64,000 nt of DNA from Mytilus trossulus. Taxonomy: Eukaryota. A model generated the notes under the pieces. It did not search any database. It was not told the origin of the DNA and worked only from the letters and a program-made list of their open reading frames with translations. Below are positions 12,293-26,500 of this stretch, piece after piece (within the stretch, counting starts at the first letter, position 1; every line of letters starts with the position of its first letter). Both the position numbers and the translations under genes were made by a program. Where the stretch lies: positions 14,942,001 through 15,006,000 of the forward strand of contig NC_086377.1 in the NCBI RefSeq assembly GCF_036588685.1. Direction: 5' to 3'.

Positions 12293-14176
12293 TTTAGCTC
12301 ACCTGGCCCGAAGGGCCAAGTGAGCTTTTCCCATCACTTTGCGTCCGGCGTCCGTCGTCGTCCGTCGTCCGTCGTCCGTCGTCGTTGTTAACTTTTACAA
12401 AAATCTTCTCCTCTGAAACTACTAGGCAAAATTGTACCAAACTTGGCCACAATCATCATTGGGGTATCTAGTTTAAAAAATGTGTGGCGTGACCCGGTCA
12501 ACCAACCAAGATGGCCGCCACGGCTAAAAATAGAACATAGGGGTAAAATGCAGTTTTTGGCTTATAACTCAAAAACCAAAGCATTTAGAGGAAATCTGAC
12601 ATGGGGTAAAAATGTTTATCAGGTCAAGATCTATCTGCTCTAAAATTTTCAGATGAATCGGTCAACTCGTTGTTGGGTTGCTGTCCCTGAATTGGTAATT
12701 TTGAGGAAATTTTGCTGTTTTTGGTTATTATCTTGAATATTATTATAGATAGAGATAAACTGTAAACAGCAATAATATTCAGCAAAGTTAGATTTACAAA
12801 TAAATCAACACGACCAAAATGGTCAGTTGATCCGTTAAGGAGTTATTGTCCTTTATAGTCAATTTTTAACCATTTTTCGTAAATCTTAGTTAACTTTTAC
12901 AAAAATCTTCTCCTCTGAAACTACTGGGCCAAATTAATCCAAACTTGGCCACAATCATCTTTGGGGTATCTTGTTTAAAAAATGTGTGGCGTGACCCGGT
13001 CAACCAACCAAGATGGCCGCCACCACTAAAAATAGAACATGGGGTAAAATGCAGTTTTTGGCTTATAACTCCAAAACCAAAGCAATTAGAGCAAATCTGA
13101 CATAGGGTTAATTATTTTCAGATGAAAATCTATCTGCCCTGAAATTTTCAGACGAATCGGACAACCGGTTGTTGGGTTGCTGCCCGTGAATTTTTAATTT
13201 TGAGGAAATTTTGCTGTTTTTGGTTATTATCTTGAATATTATTATAGATAGAGATAAACTGTGAACAGCAATTATGTTCAGCAAAGTAAGATTTACAAAT
13301 AAGTCAACATGACCGAAATGGTCAGTTGACCCCTTTAGGAGTTATTGCCCTTTATAGTCAATTTTTAACCATTTTTTGTAAATCTTAGTTATCTTTTACA
13401 AAAATCTTCTCCTACTGGGCCAAATTCAATCAAACTTGGCCACAATTATAATTAGGGTATCTAGTTTTACAAATGTGTCTGGTGACCCGGTCCATCAAAC
13501 AAGATTGCGCCACGGCCAAACTTGGCCACAATCATCATTGGGGTATCTAGTTTAAAAAATGTGTGGCGTGACCCGGTCAACCAACCAAGATGGCCGCCAC
13601 GGCCAAAAGTAGAACATAGGGGTAAAATACAGTTTTTGGCTTATAACTCAAAAATCAAAGCATTTAGAGCTAATTTGACATGGGTTTAATTGTTTATTAG
13701 ATCAAGATCTATCTGCCCTGTAATTTTCAGATGAATGTGACAACCCATTGTTGGGTTGCTGCCCCTGAATCGGTAATTTTAAGGACATTTTGCTGTTTTT
13801 GGTTATTATCTTGAATATTATTATAGATAGAGATAAACTGTAAACAGCAATTATGTTCAGCAAAGTAAGATTTACAAATAAGTCAACATGACCGAAATGG
13901 TCAATTGACCCCCTAAGGAGTTATTGTCCTTTATAGTCAATTTTTAACAATTTTCATAAAATTTGTAAATTTTTATTAACATTTTCCACTGAAACTACTG
14001 GGACAAGTTCATTATAGATAGAGATAAATGTAAGCAGCAAGACGGTTTAGTAAAGTAAAATTTACAAACACATCACCATCACCAAAACACAATTTTGTCA
14101 TGAATCCATCTGCTTCCTTTGTTTAATATTCACATAGACCAAGGTGAGCGACACAGGCTCTTTAGAGCCTCTAGTT
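12293..14176 (+). mobile_element. Non-autonomous Helentron-associated element (HINE-like) with an internal ~500-bp tandem array
   Basis: 5' TTAGCTCACCT plus hairpin GGCCCGAAGGGCC, then a (CGTC/CGT)n tract. Tandem units start near 12388, 12890 and 13389/13519. The 3' end has AGGTGAGC (subterminal inverted repeat) plus hairpin AGGCTC TTTA GAGCCT. Inserted in T-runs. Confidence 0.85.
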
Positions 14177-15999
14177 TTATTTATCTTTTCTGGTTAAAAT
14201 TCAAAGAGTTACGAAATTTAAGCTGTCAGATTTATAGTTACCACATTTGTAGCATATCGTGACTTTTGTGGATTCATTTTCTGAGAATTTCAGATAGCTA
14301 TTGAATTGTTGAACATATCACTTCTTTCAATTTGGAAGAAAACCCATCCATGTCAAGTGTTACGGGACGGTGGCAATAGTTTAAATATAATATAATAGTG
14401 TGCACTTGCTAAAGTATACTTGGATCAAATTACTACTTACTTAACACTGTTGTTGTGATTGAATAGGATTAATGATAGTACTTAAGTCAGGAATATGACA
14501 GTTCTTGCCCATTCGTGTTTGATGTGTTTAGTCATATGAATTTGCCATGTGATTATTGACTTTCCGGTTGGATTTACCTCTAAGTTCAGTATTTTCTCCA
14601 TTGTGTTTGAAAAGTTTCTTGTATATTTTTCAAGATTTATTGGACTAGTATTATTCATAATTCAAACAATACATATATTTATAATGATATTATTGATTTT
14701 TAAAGAAACTATATTTGCGTCTGATTAAAAGATTTCTGAATTTCTGTTGATTTATTATAATAAGGGAGTATCACGCACTCTTGGTACTGCCGAGAGTTGT
14801 TGTTGTATCTTTTTATTTTGTTAAACTTGGTTAGGAAAAGCAATATGTGTTACGCATTTAACTTTTATTTTTGTCTAGAATTAAACCTTTGATACAGTTC
14901 AAAAGCACGATTACATAAATGTTCCTTTATTTATAAACATATTTGCAATGCTCTTTATTTTCATAGTGTATGGGCTTTTCTTATCAGAGTCACTGAGGAG
15001 TCTTATGTGGACGATTTACAAAAAGGTATCGATAAGCACAAACACATAACGAAATAAAATTTTATATTTGAGAAAGGAACCTAGTTTCTTACGCGTTTAA
15101 ATACGTCAAATCACAAGATATTGATAATTACAATTTGTCACAACCTTTTGTGCTGTATTGGCTCATTTTTTTAAATATCATCGGGACCAATAACAGTGTT
15201 CTTTAAGTTTTTATTTGTGTCTGGAGAGGATCAAATCTGACTATTTATATCAATTCTATCACCTTAAACGTTATGTGTTACATGAGCAAACCACACAGGA
15301 AGTAGTCACCTATGTACAATGTGTCAACAAGCTTATGCTATTTTTATGAAAGAAGACCTTCAGTTTATATTTAAAGGTTATCAAAGTTACGCCCTGGTTT
15401 TGAGACAGTTCATGTATATATCTGAAGTATTATATACTAACTTACTGTGCATTTCCAATTGAAATATATTTCCAGATTCTTTAGTTTTAGACAAAAACTT
15501 GTTTAAGATACCAGGAAAGTATGACGCATAATATTTACAGCTTCTCGACTTATAGACAAAAACTAATAAAACAAATTTCAGGTGTGTAATTCAGTAACAC
15601 AATTTTAATTTCTTTACCCAGTGAACGTTAGTAGAGCTCGATTCATAATAGTTTGAATTAACTTCGAAATGAAAGAATATCCATAGCTATATGTATACAG
15701 TACATTTAACAATGTTGTAAGATAATCGTATGACAGGTAGTATAAAAAATAACAAAGGCGTTTGCGTTCGTAAATAATGAAAAATAGTTCAAATCATATG
15801 AAACTATGATTAATTGTTCATTGCTGCTTACTGTGAAAATGAGCTAGCGATATCACTTCAATGTTTTATACAAATATTGATAATCACTATAAAAAAGAAA
15901 TATTTAGTAACAACAATATAAATGCGAAGCATGTTTAAGCTTTGGACATCATTATTCCACAAATTTTCATTCATACCGCTAAATTGAATTGTTTGCGAC

Positions 16000-16810
16000 G
16001 TATGCTAAAGATTTAAGGTAAATATGGATAACCATTATTTTCCCATATCTTATACAAAATATTGTTTTAAATTTTTGATGAATATAATTATGAAACGATT
16101 GACATAGTACGCGATGGCGTTATTTGTGGTCAATTTTAGTCAAAAAGCACAGATTTCCAATATTATGGAATGATATGCATTTAAAAAACAGTACTTGAAG
16201 TTCAAATGACGTACCAATGTGAAAAATAAACTAAGAACAAAGTTTCAGTTAGCGAAACAAATATTAAACCGCAAGCTACGTTAGTATGAAAGGCAATATA
16301 AACAAAGAATGTGCACTGACATTGAAACTATGACGACGAATAATCCTACGGATTTTGAGAACAAAATTAAACAGATAGGGTCTCGTAGACATTCCCCTAT
16401 ACCAATGGAGACATATGACAAAGATGGGGAGATTGTTAGTGATGAAAGGTTGTATTAGAAAAATGGAAAACAGATTTTCAGAATATACATAATATGGATA
16501 ATTCAGCGGATTATTTCGATGGTTATTTTCAAAAATATGCCTCTAGTTATAAAGTCTTATTATAAGAAAGAATGCTCGATCCCTTCTTCATAGAAAATGA
16601 AGAGTTGAATTTACCTATAACTATAAATGAAAATAGGCAACTTATCTCAAGAAAAAAAACAACGGTAAATCGCGGGAATTGATAATATTCCTTATGAATT
16701 ATTGAAGACAGAAAACGTTATCGCCGTCCCATATTCTATGTTTCAACTAGTTTTTGACACGAGCATTGTATCGTCATTATGGTATCAGGCAATTATCTGT
16801 CCGATACTCA
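16000..16810 (+). mobile_element. Degenerate non-LTR retrotransposon (CR1/L2-like) ORF2 fragment, region preceding the RT
   Basis: Frameshifted translation gives ...VLEKWKTDF..LNLPITINEI..DNIPYELLK..MFQLVFDTSIVSSLWYQAIICPI, typical of the LINE pre-RT region. Confidence 0.7.
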
Positions 16811-17140
16811 ATAGTACGGTGATCGAGTAAGGAAAAGTCTTTTATTTTAGGAGTTTAATTTTCATTGGAACTATACGTCTATAAATCACAGTATTTGTAG
16901 TTCAAGGTTAAACTAAACATTTTGACTTGTCAAAAAATCGAACAGTGCCATTTTAGTAAAATGGGCTTTACAGTACGTAATGTTTAGCTAAATTAATCCG
17001 TTATATTACAAAATCATTTTTTAATATCAAATATTCAGTTTGATATTCTAATATTAAATATTCAGTGTGATTTTTTAATGTTAATAAATCATTTTTTAAT
17101 ACTAAATATTAATTAATAAAACGGCTTGCCATATATTATA

Positions 17141-17263
17141 GGATTATTGCATGAATACTATATTTGGGAATATTGTCCCGAGTAGAATTATATATTGCAG
17201 GAGTTTGCGACTGCAATATATGTTCTACGAGGGACAATATTCCCCAATATTCATGCAATTACC
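17141..17263. repeat. Foldback hairpin element
   Basis: TTGGGAATATTGTCCCGAGTAGAAT..ATATTGCAG mirrored by CTGCAATATA..TTCTACGAGGGACAATATTCCCCAA. Confidence 0.75.
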
Positions 17264-18546
17264 CTTTTATTGTACAGCAATATAATATTTGAAAGTAAAC
17301 ATTATATATTACCTATAGTTGTTAGTTTTTGCGTCATGTTGGTCTTTTGTGGATAGTTGTCTCATTGGCAATAATGCCACATCTTCTTTTTTTATATAAG
17401 TTTAAACTAAGATTTTGTCGTTGATGACGTCATGAATTTTGTGTAAGATTTATCGCACTAGTGTAATATCATAAATTCATAACAATAATATATCATAACG
17501 AAAAACAGTAATAAAACAATAATAATCATGATAAAGAAAATTCGAAGACAAACAGAGACAAGGTTTTCCTTTACTACAAAACTATTATTGCAAACAGTTA
17601 TTTCTTTTCATAGTGTTCTGAAACATTGATTGGATGATAACGTAGTTGTTTAAACTCTAACTTTCTCACTGTCAAATGTCAAAAAATAAAAAAACAAAAT
17701 AACGTGATTGCTAGTGACTAAAAGACTAGTATACATCATAATTTGTTTCTGTTTACAATGGGACAAAAGTATGTTTGTGTTGTCAACTCTTTTTTTTATA
17801 TTAATGTAAATACTGTGTATGACCATTTAGTTTCAAACAATGAATTTACTTTTTGCCACTTTGAAATTTACTGGTTGACTTTATTCAAGAAAGAAGATTG
17901 TGGGTTGATGGATTGTCTATGCCATAATTGGCACATTTGTTTTTTGTTTTAATTTGTTTTACCGTTAGGTATGGTTTGACTTTCATCAGTGCTAATTTGA
18001 TTTCCACTGATTTGACCTTTGCAAAAGAAACTTATGCATTGAATACTAACCTATAAGTTCACAAGCAGTGGTTAGATTATGCATTTCAAAATTACTTATA
18101 CTTGTAGTTGGTAGTTGTTTCTATAACTATAAGTTGTACTGACTGATACGTATTACTATGCTGTCATTTTATGGAAACAATACTATTTATGATTGGAAAA
18201 GGGTATTGAACAAATAGTTCTTTTCTTTCAATTCGCATTAGTCATGTATAAAGTAAAAACACAAAAATACTGAACTCCGAGGAAAATTCAAAAAGGAAAG
18301 TCCAAAATCAAAAGGCAAAATCAAAAGTCCAAACACATCAAACGAGTGGATAACAACTGTCATATTCCTGACATGGTACAGGCATTTATTTAGGGTTCTT
18401 AATGCAAATAACAAAGATGTGTTTTCAGAATTTCATATTTGTCCTTGTGCCAATAACAATATCAACCCCTTGTATGTGTTTCCGAAGCAGGTCAAATCTT
18501 ACCTGTGTGTTTTTAGATGGCATTTCCATAACCCTGAATGGTATAG

Positions 18547-18675
18547 GTCACTAGAACAAACCACGGGAAAATTCACCACCTTAGTGTAAATGTTTTATGT
18601 TATATCCTATGTCAAAGAACAAACCACAGGAAAAGATACCACGTCAGTGTAAATGTTGAATGTTATATCCTATGT
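18547..18675. repeat. 63-bp tandem duplication containing a diverged copy of the ankyrin-gene upstream motif (minus orientation)
   Basis: AGAACAAACCAC..GTGTAAATGTT..TGTTATATCCTATGT occurs at 18553 and 18616. Confidence 0.7.
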
Positions 18676-20078
18676 TGACCATATAACGACCTTTAATTTA
18701 GATTTAAAGTCATGAGAAACCTCAAATTAGAAAAAAATAATGCATATGTTTTTTTTATCACTCAATGGATAGTTTTCATTATAAAACTTATGTACGTATA
18801 CTTTTTTCTGAATAAAATTCTTTAATATTTTCATACTTAGAAGAAGTCTACTTTATTTTAATTGCTTCCTTTCAGAAAGCAATTCCCCGACATATTTTAT
18901 ATATCTTAACAATTGATAACTTGTCCTTTGAAATTCATTATATAGTATGCATGAATTTGTTCCTTTTAAATCAGTACTTTAAGTATAACCCGGCAAATCA
19001 CCTTCTTCTTTAATTTGTACTGATGTTCCTCCTTATTTGCACATTACTATTGATTATGACTGTTTATTTTGTCCTTACATCGTTGTAAATGTAATGGAAT
19101 TTGATGCAAATGCATAAAAGTCAGAGCTTAACACATGGTTAAGCCATCATATTTAAAGTTTTATTAAATTCGGGAATATGACAGTTATTATCCATTCTTT
19201 TGATGTGTTTGAGCCTTTCATTTCTCCATTTCAAGAGAAACTTACCAACCTTGAATTTTCGGATTACAATATGTTTGTGATTCTACCTTTTTTAATCCAT
19301 CTATAAACCACAACTGTATTCCATATATTTAAATGCCTTATTTCTTTACAACTATGAACAATTCGAATAATCGGGAAATGGAAAATCGATGCATGTGCTT
19401 TTGTATGAAATAAATAATTTTGTTTGGAAGAATTTGACAGTGCCATTTAAGAGTAATGATATTAAAAAGATCAAACTTTCATCATTTAATTTATATATTT
19501 TACAAACTTATTTTAAAAAAAATTGAAATACCAGATAATCTTTTAAAGTTCGTTGCTAACAAACGTCCCACCCTTTTAGATTAATGCGTCACGTGTGGCA
19601 TTTTACTGGAGTATTTGAATCGCTTAAGTTTGAATGCATTTCAGCATAATTGAGAACATAATAAACAAGTATATAAAATTTGCACACCTTATTGATTTAA
19701 AAGAAACGAATAGTTCAGTAAGGACATGGGAGAAAAGATCAAGTATAACACATCATTGCATTTAAATGTAAGTTTTTGTAAATCTCACATTGTTTTCCTA
19801 ACTAGAAATGATAAATATTTAACATTTTACTGTCATTGGAGCTCTTACTTGATTTCAAAATAGACTTATGGGGACGCATGTTATATTCATACTCATTTCT
19901 TAAGTTTGTATAAACAAAGGATTTTATATATTTTGGTAACCTTGGTAGATAACATGCAATTTTGGAAAACAAATGAGTTTCAATCCTTACTTTTAAAAGA
20001 GCAGTCATGATATCGTCAAACCTACAGTACCAAACATCCTTTACAGAGAACTTTTCAATTTATTGAATGTTATGAATG

Positions 20079-20381
20079 GAAGTGGGACAATTAAAGACGT
20101 ATAGTATCCGTACCTGATACGTTGACGCATATACGTATATCTATGGGTTATTGTTTGATTGATCTTTTACGTGTTTAAATAGTACATGTATATGTAAGGT
20201 TTTTTACTATGTTAGATATCGTTCGGTCATTAATACACTCTTTTCATGACATGATAGTTTCTAATTTATGTATAATCATATCACGATAATGACAAGTTTT
20301 TCAAATAACTCTTATGTAAATAAAAAGAGTGTATTGTAATGATCCGGATACGGATACGATACGTTTAAAATGTCCAACTTC
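20079..20381. mobile_element. Old MITE with imperfect ~35-bp TIRs
   Basis: GAAGTGGGACAATTAAAGACGTATAGTATCCGTACC versus the RC of the right end, GAAGTTGGACATTTTAAACGTATCGTATCCGTATCC. Confidence 0.55.
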
Positions 20382-22445
20382 TAATAGAGAATTTGCATTA
20401 TATATTCACGTATCGCAATACTTGCACGGATCGACGTAAACGTATCAGACAGATTTGTTTTCAATAATAATTGAACCCCGATCTCAATTAAAATTAAATG
20501 CATTAAAAGATATTTTCATCCGGACCAACTTGACTTAATTTAGCCTTTCCTCATATACTTGTTATACGATACGTCGATACGGATACTCCAGCAAATACTT
20601 GATTAATGAAAATGCTCTAATACTGGTAATACACTACATTTAGCGTACTCGTGTCAACAAATCATATGTCCATGTATTCAAAACATGTGTTCAGATGAGA
20701 ACAAATTCAATGTTACACTATATTGTTCTCTTAAAACTCACTGTAAATATGTTAAGAGTACAACACGTGTGGTTCGAATATGGCGTTTGCGTCATTAGCG
20801 TCGTTAACATGTGTGTATACAAAAATCATAACATGTCTAGTCATTAGAACGGTTAAGGTTAATGTATAAATACACAATTAAAATGTGTTACCTGTGACGC
20901 ATTAATCTCATCGAGAGGGTCTTTTTCACAGCAATACACTTTATAAAATTATATGGTAGTTGAATTTTGTTTATTCATCTTAATATTTAAGGAATGTTTT
21001 TTGATTGCATGAATTTTTATTACAAAATACATAAAAGTTTATTCAATCAGGTAAAACAAAAACAGAAACTAAAGTATGCTGCCAAATTTATGATTCCAGT
21101 CACAATTTCATGATCCAAGTATTTAAAAAACCTGCTTATATAATTAATTTATTACAATATAGGTCTTAATTTTGTAATAAGCCCAAACATATTAAATCTA
21201 CTCATGTCTATATATATTTATTTGACAAAGTGACAGCATATCATTTTTTTTTAAATCGTGAATATTTCTTTTTGTGATGTCTCCCTGGCATACTTAATTT
21301 ACAACAAAAATGTTTTTTATCTTAGCTTATATTGAACACATGTTGAATGTATTTAAAGTGTAGATAATTTACGTCCCGAAACGTCTGTAGGGTTACAAAG
21401 TTATTTAAAAAAAGAAATAGGCTTAAAATTTAAATCAGCAAAACTCAAATGATTGTGACTATTGTTTTATAAACCAATATCTGTTGAAAAAACCTGAAGT
21501 TACACAGACAGGAAAAATACCCAGCCAATCTCAAGTTACAATGGTTTCACTGGAAAGTGAATAACTTTGTTTTAGTTAGTGGAATATCGTCCAATAAATA
21601 TTTTGAATTATACTTTATCATGCAAGTTCATAATACATAAAAGTAGATGAAATAGGGATATTTTTAAGCCGATCACTCACAACCATTTTAAAAAATTATT
21701 TGTTTGTGTAGTGATTAAGATGATAACCCAATGTTTGCTGCCTTATCCCCATTTTCGACATTTTTACCTATTGTGTCTGTTTATTTTGTTCACGCATCGT
21801 TGTTAATATAACGGAATTAGATGCGAATGTCATACAAGTGAGAAGTTAAGCTAGCTTAAAAAAAAAGTTCGATCAACCATTGTCTACATAAACAAATGCA
21901 TGTTCCACGTCAGGAATATGACAGTTGTTATCCATTCCTTTCATGTGTTTCAATGTTTGATTTTGCCTTTTTGAAAAGGAACTTTCCGTGTTGTATTTTG
22001 AATTTTGAATTTGATATTTGTTATTTTGATTTTCGATCGACACAAACAAGACAATACATTGGAGTATAGAATACGATGAAAGGAGTGTCTATAAAATACT
22101 TTTAGAAAGTCAAACAATAAGCAATACATGCAATACAAAACAAACAAAATATAGGGGTGATTAATTTAAAGTGCTTTCACACTTTTGAAAAATAAGGTTG
22201 ACTTTAAATTAGCAATCATTATAAATCATATCAGGAAACACCATATCAAGTAATAATAAACAATTCATATAAATTTAATTCATATATTCAATTTCTTTAA
22301 AACTTGACAAACTGCTCATCTTTGATTGGTATTAATCTTGTCAAATCCTGATATCAAATGTGTTTTTTCTTCGACAGGATCAGCTTGTTGAAATACCTGA
22401 CCTCTTTAGATTTTTTCGCTTATTGACCTTTGTTTCTCTCTCTTG

Positions 22446-22452
<7 letters not shown>

Positions 22453-22483
<31 letters not shown>
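22453..22483. repeat. (TA)n microsatellite downstream of ankyrin gene 1
   Basis: Pure TA run. The paralogous site near 27604 has only a short run. Confidence 0.9.
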
Positions 22484-22486
<3 letters not shown>

Positions 22487-22674
22487 ACTGAAAATCAAAC
22501 CGCTTACACACTGACAAGAGCTCGATGCTTGTCCAGTTACTGATGTCAAATCACTATCAGCTGTACATGTAGCAAATGTTAACACCATTGTGTATTTAAC
22601 AGAAATACCTTTGATAATTTATAATCAAAGGCAACATCTTGATTTGTTTAAAAGTCTGGTATTGTAAACGGAAA

Positions 22675-23055
22675 CTACTCTTCGTCCAAGTCAAAACTGT
22701 TCCAATTTTTTTTGTCGCTTCCTTTCATCTTTTTTATCTTGGCATCTATTATATTCACGAGTCCTTGGTTTTTCAACATTTGAATTGTTGCTTTACATCT
22801 TGCATGCATTGCATACGCCAGAGTTGTTCGTTCTTTGTTGTCTTTTGCATTTATATTTGCTCCGGTTGCTAGAAGTTTAGAAATTATCTCAAGTTTCTCG
22901 TGGACGTCCTGATCGCGTGCAACCAATTTACATGCGAGCATAAGTGGTGAGCTTCCTGTGTTTGTACAAAAGTTAACGTCGTGTCCACCTTGTATTAAAA
23001 TTTTAGCCAATTTATATTTTCCAGACTCCAATGCCCATAATAACTTGTTTTCCAT
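22675..23055 (-). CDS. Small intronless ankyrin-repeat protein, ANKRD34-like N-terminal domain (paralog 1)
   Basis: 126-aa ORF with ankyrin motifs (LIQGGHDVN..GSSPLMLAC; LLATGANINAKDNKERTTLAYA). Length and frame are conserved in three paralogs, and there is an upstream TATA/CCAAT. The layout resembles the ANKRD34 family N-terminus. Confidence 0.85.
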   Translation of the reverse strand: MENKLLWALESGKYKLAKILIQGGHDVNFCTNTGSSPLMLACKLVARDQDVHEKLEIISKLLATGANINAKDNKERTTLAYAMHARCKATIQMLKNQGLVNIIDAKIKKMKGSDKKNWNSFDLDEE

Positions 23056-23136
23056 TTTTGTTTGAATGTTAAGGAAAGATAGATTGGTTTACTGCAGTTT
23101 CTTTTCTAAGTATAAGTTAACAGTTCCATTTCAATA

Positions 23137-23197
23137 CTTTATAGTAATTGGTAATGTTGTAATCGACTAAGTCATATCGTCAAAGGTTGTCGATTGG
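23137..23197 (-). promoter_or_regulatory. Core promoter of paralog 1: CCAAT, TGACG half-CRE, TATA
   Basis: RC motifs: CCAAT 23193-23197, TGACG 23178-23182, TATAAAG 23137-23143. Spacing is the same as in the paralogs. Confidence 0.6.
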
Positions 23198-23407
23198 TTA
23201 AATGCATTTAAGAGTTGCTGATAATCTTTCACACTAAAAAGGTCACCTTTCCCACAAAGAAAGCGATTTGTAAATTGCTCCAATTATTGGTCATCCTAAG
23301 GTCAAAAATATATATATTTAAAAAAGGTTGAGAAATTTAAAAGCAATATTAAATTCGTAGTTCGATGAGAGACTTGTAATTTTTAAAGGTAATACATAAA
23401 GAAGATA

Positions 23408-23560
23408 ATTAGTTATTAAAGGTATCAGGATTGTAATTTGAGACACTAGACGCGCATTTCGTCTATATAAGACTCATCAGTCACGCTCAGATAAAAATAG
23501 CTATTAAGTTAAACAAGTACAAAGTTGAAGAGCATCGAGGACCCATAATTTCAAAAAGTT
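23408..23560 (-). mobile_element. Retrozyme-like fragment with hammerhead core (23441-23487)
   Basis: RC GCGTGA-CTGATGA-GTCT TATAT AGAC-GAAA-TGCGCG-TC-TAGTG. Confidence 0.75.
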
Positions 23561-26500
23561 ATATTATATATTGTATATAATATATTTTTCTTTTGTAAAT
23601 TAGCCCAACTTAAACCAGTTTATAACACTTTTTATAACAGGAATAACTGAAATCAACGCAAATATTGGACAACTAAGTACACCAGACTTAAACCGATTCG
23701 TCCGATGAAAGAAACATGAATAAACAACAAAAATAAACAGAAAGTGAACACCTATGGTGATAAGACTCAAAGAGTGTAACCAATACTCAACAAATAAATT
23801 GAATGTATAGTGCATGTAAAAATTTGGATGCAAAAATCGTGGTTATACGAGAATTAATGCATGATATGTAAGGTATTATATTCTTGTACCAATTTATGTT
23901 AAATAAACAAAATATAGAGCATATTTCATTGAACTATTACACAGAGGGGGTAACTACGTGTGTTTGTTGTTTGTTCCAGTGATATATAAACTTAAATTTT
24001 ATATTAATAATATTTTCATCAAAACAGTTTTTACCCAGCTCCAGACACAACTCAAAAACAGGTGTTGAAATGTTGTTGATTCAATAAACTCGTGGTCACC
24101 TGGTTTCGTTTAAAGATATAAGTGTTTTTGTTGTTTCGTTCTTTTCCTATTATAGCTGATGAGTTCCCCTAAGTTTTAGTTTGTAACCCGGATTTGTCTT
24201 CTCTGAATCGTTTTGTTTCTAACTTGTGAACAACGGTATACCACTGTTGCCTTTATTATTCTTGTTTAGTGTTTTCATATGTCTATTAGCATAAGAGTGC
24301 GTGCGACATTTTTTATAATCCCCTGGTTTGTTTTTTTTTTCTTTCCATTCTTCTTGACATACAGACTTCTGTCTTTTCCTCTATCATTTTTGACTTGGTT
24401 CGGCCATCCCGAGCCTTTACGTTTTCAAAAACGTTTGATAACTCATATCATGTTATTTTAATTTGTTGCCTATACCATTGAAATATGTAAAAACAGTTAT
24501 CTGTTGAATAAAAAAGCAATGGTCTGGTTTATGGCAAAACAACAAATGGATATTAAATATGACAAACACAAATACTCGACAACCACTAAATTCAGTTAAA
24601 CATAAAAATACCATACAATAAAACAAAAAACAATTAATCTGTATTTTCTAAAGTTTGTAGATCCAGTCACTTCTAAATACATGTTTAATTTTGTAATCCA
24701 AGTAAATCCAATGAAATGTCTATTTCACAATTTGATCAATTATATAGTTATTGGCTTACAATGTATATGCCACAAGTAATTGGTATATTTCATGATTAAT
24801 TAATATTATGCTATCTTTGAAAATGATCCAAATATCCTTATTCTACTAATAAATTTATTCATTCAGCTACACCATATGATTTTAATTGAATCCAGAATAA
24901 GTTCTTACCGCTTAGTTTCGCTAAATAGATTAATACATTCAAAATTTATCGGTGTTGAAATAAAAAAAAAATCAATAACCTGGTATAGGGCAAAAAGTCA
25001 AGCGGATATCAAATATGACAAACTCAGACACACGACAACCACTTAATTTCTATGAAACTGTAAAAAGCAAATAATTTATACAATTCGATACGATTTTGTT
25101 GAGGAAAACTAACGGCCTAATTTATAGCAAGATGAGCGACACATATAACTTTTCCTAAAACTGTACTACGAAATGTTCTAACTTGCTTAATATGTAAATT
25201 GAATCAAATAGTTGATCATAAAGTAAATCTCTCCCCACTTGAGTCGTTTTCAAAGCAATCTTTACAACAATGATTTGGTATTTGGATACAATAGCAGTGT
25301 GACAAATTAAAACAATAATATGACACTTTCCAACTAGCTTTATACGTAAATTGGGCAAAATAAAAGGTATTTCGTTCATATGATTCGCACCACGTAACTG
25401 TGTTCCTTTTAATTGAATTACAACCCTTTGTTTATAAAATTGAAAATATGAAATATTTTTAATTTGCAGTTATATGCTGTCTTTTTCAGTCATGGATATA
25501 AAACTAATGTGTCTTTGAAAACTTTCTTTGGCGCATATTTCCAACATGTTGACGGATATTTACAAAAAGGTTGTGTAATTCTAAGAAAAATGCCTAAATT
25601 TGACTTTTTACCAATTGGGAAGGATGTTACAAAGATTTGGCCGAAAATGAAGACGACAGGTAGGTAAAAAGTTATCTAATATTGAAATTAAGCCCACAAT
25701 ATGTTTCCCTACATGCGGACAAATCATAAACTTTATCTTTTCATTATTTCTGTTTTGAATCTTGCTTTTTCACGATCTTTCGTTATTTTACAAAGCGATT
25801 ATAATACGGCTACGCTCCCGATTTGAATTAAAAGACCAATATTAGACATTGTGCATTTCTACACGGACGATCACTAAAATTATGTACAATTCACTTATAT
25901 GTGGACAAACTGTTGATTCGACATAGGAATTGGCATATAATCATTTTTATTTAAAGGGCATATATAATTTTATATTAGTTTTGTTTTAGATAAGCTATAT
26001 GTAACAGCTATTTGACTCCTACTTATTACAACAAAAAGACAATAATAATTACCGCAAATATTGGACAGATCAACATACTACATTATCCAATAAAACAGAC
26101 TCGTAGGAAGAATTACTAAAGATACTGACAAAACATACAAAACTGAACAACACACATACATACTAGTAACCTGAAGTCGCTGCAAACTTATATTGTGGTT
26201 ATATATAACCGGTATAAATAGGCAAATCAAAAAGACGCAAATTTATAATCAATAAATATGATAATTGCATGAAAATGCAATAGCTCTTCATAGAAAAAAA
26301 ATATAAAGTAACAAAATAGACTATATTAGACATATGTCAAAACTTCGTCCTTCATTGTATTATAAGAAAAAAGGGGATGTCATTTCAATAACTTCTATTT
26401 TGATTTTTGTGGGTAATATATGCAAATCATATTTTAACTATACTTCCTGATATGCAAGTTTCATAAGGCTACCGCTTACAACAAAACTGATAACAAATAT

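Larger units (their letters stand above)
21575..24620. repeat. Segmental duplication unit A1 (contains ankyrin gene 1)
   Basis: Colinear with ~26885-29647 across the 3' flank, CDS, promoter and upstream region, at an offset of ~5.0-5.3 kb. Confidence 0.85.

Noticed and set aside
12200-12643. ORFs within the Helentron-associated element
   Set aside because: They run through a microsatellite and non-coding tandem units, with no Rep/helicase motifs.
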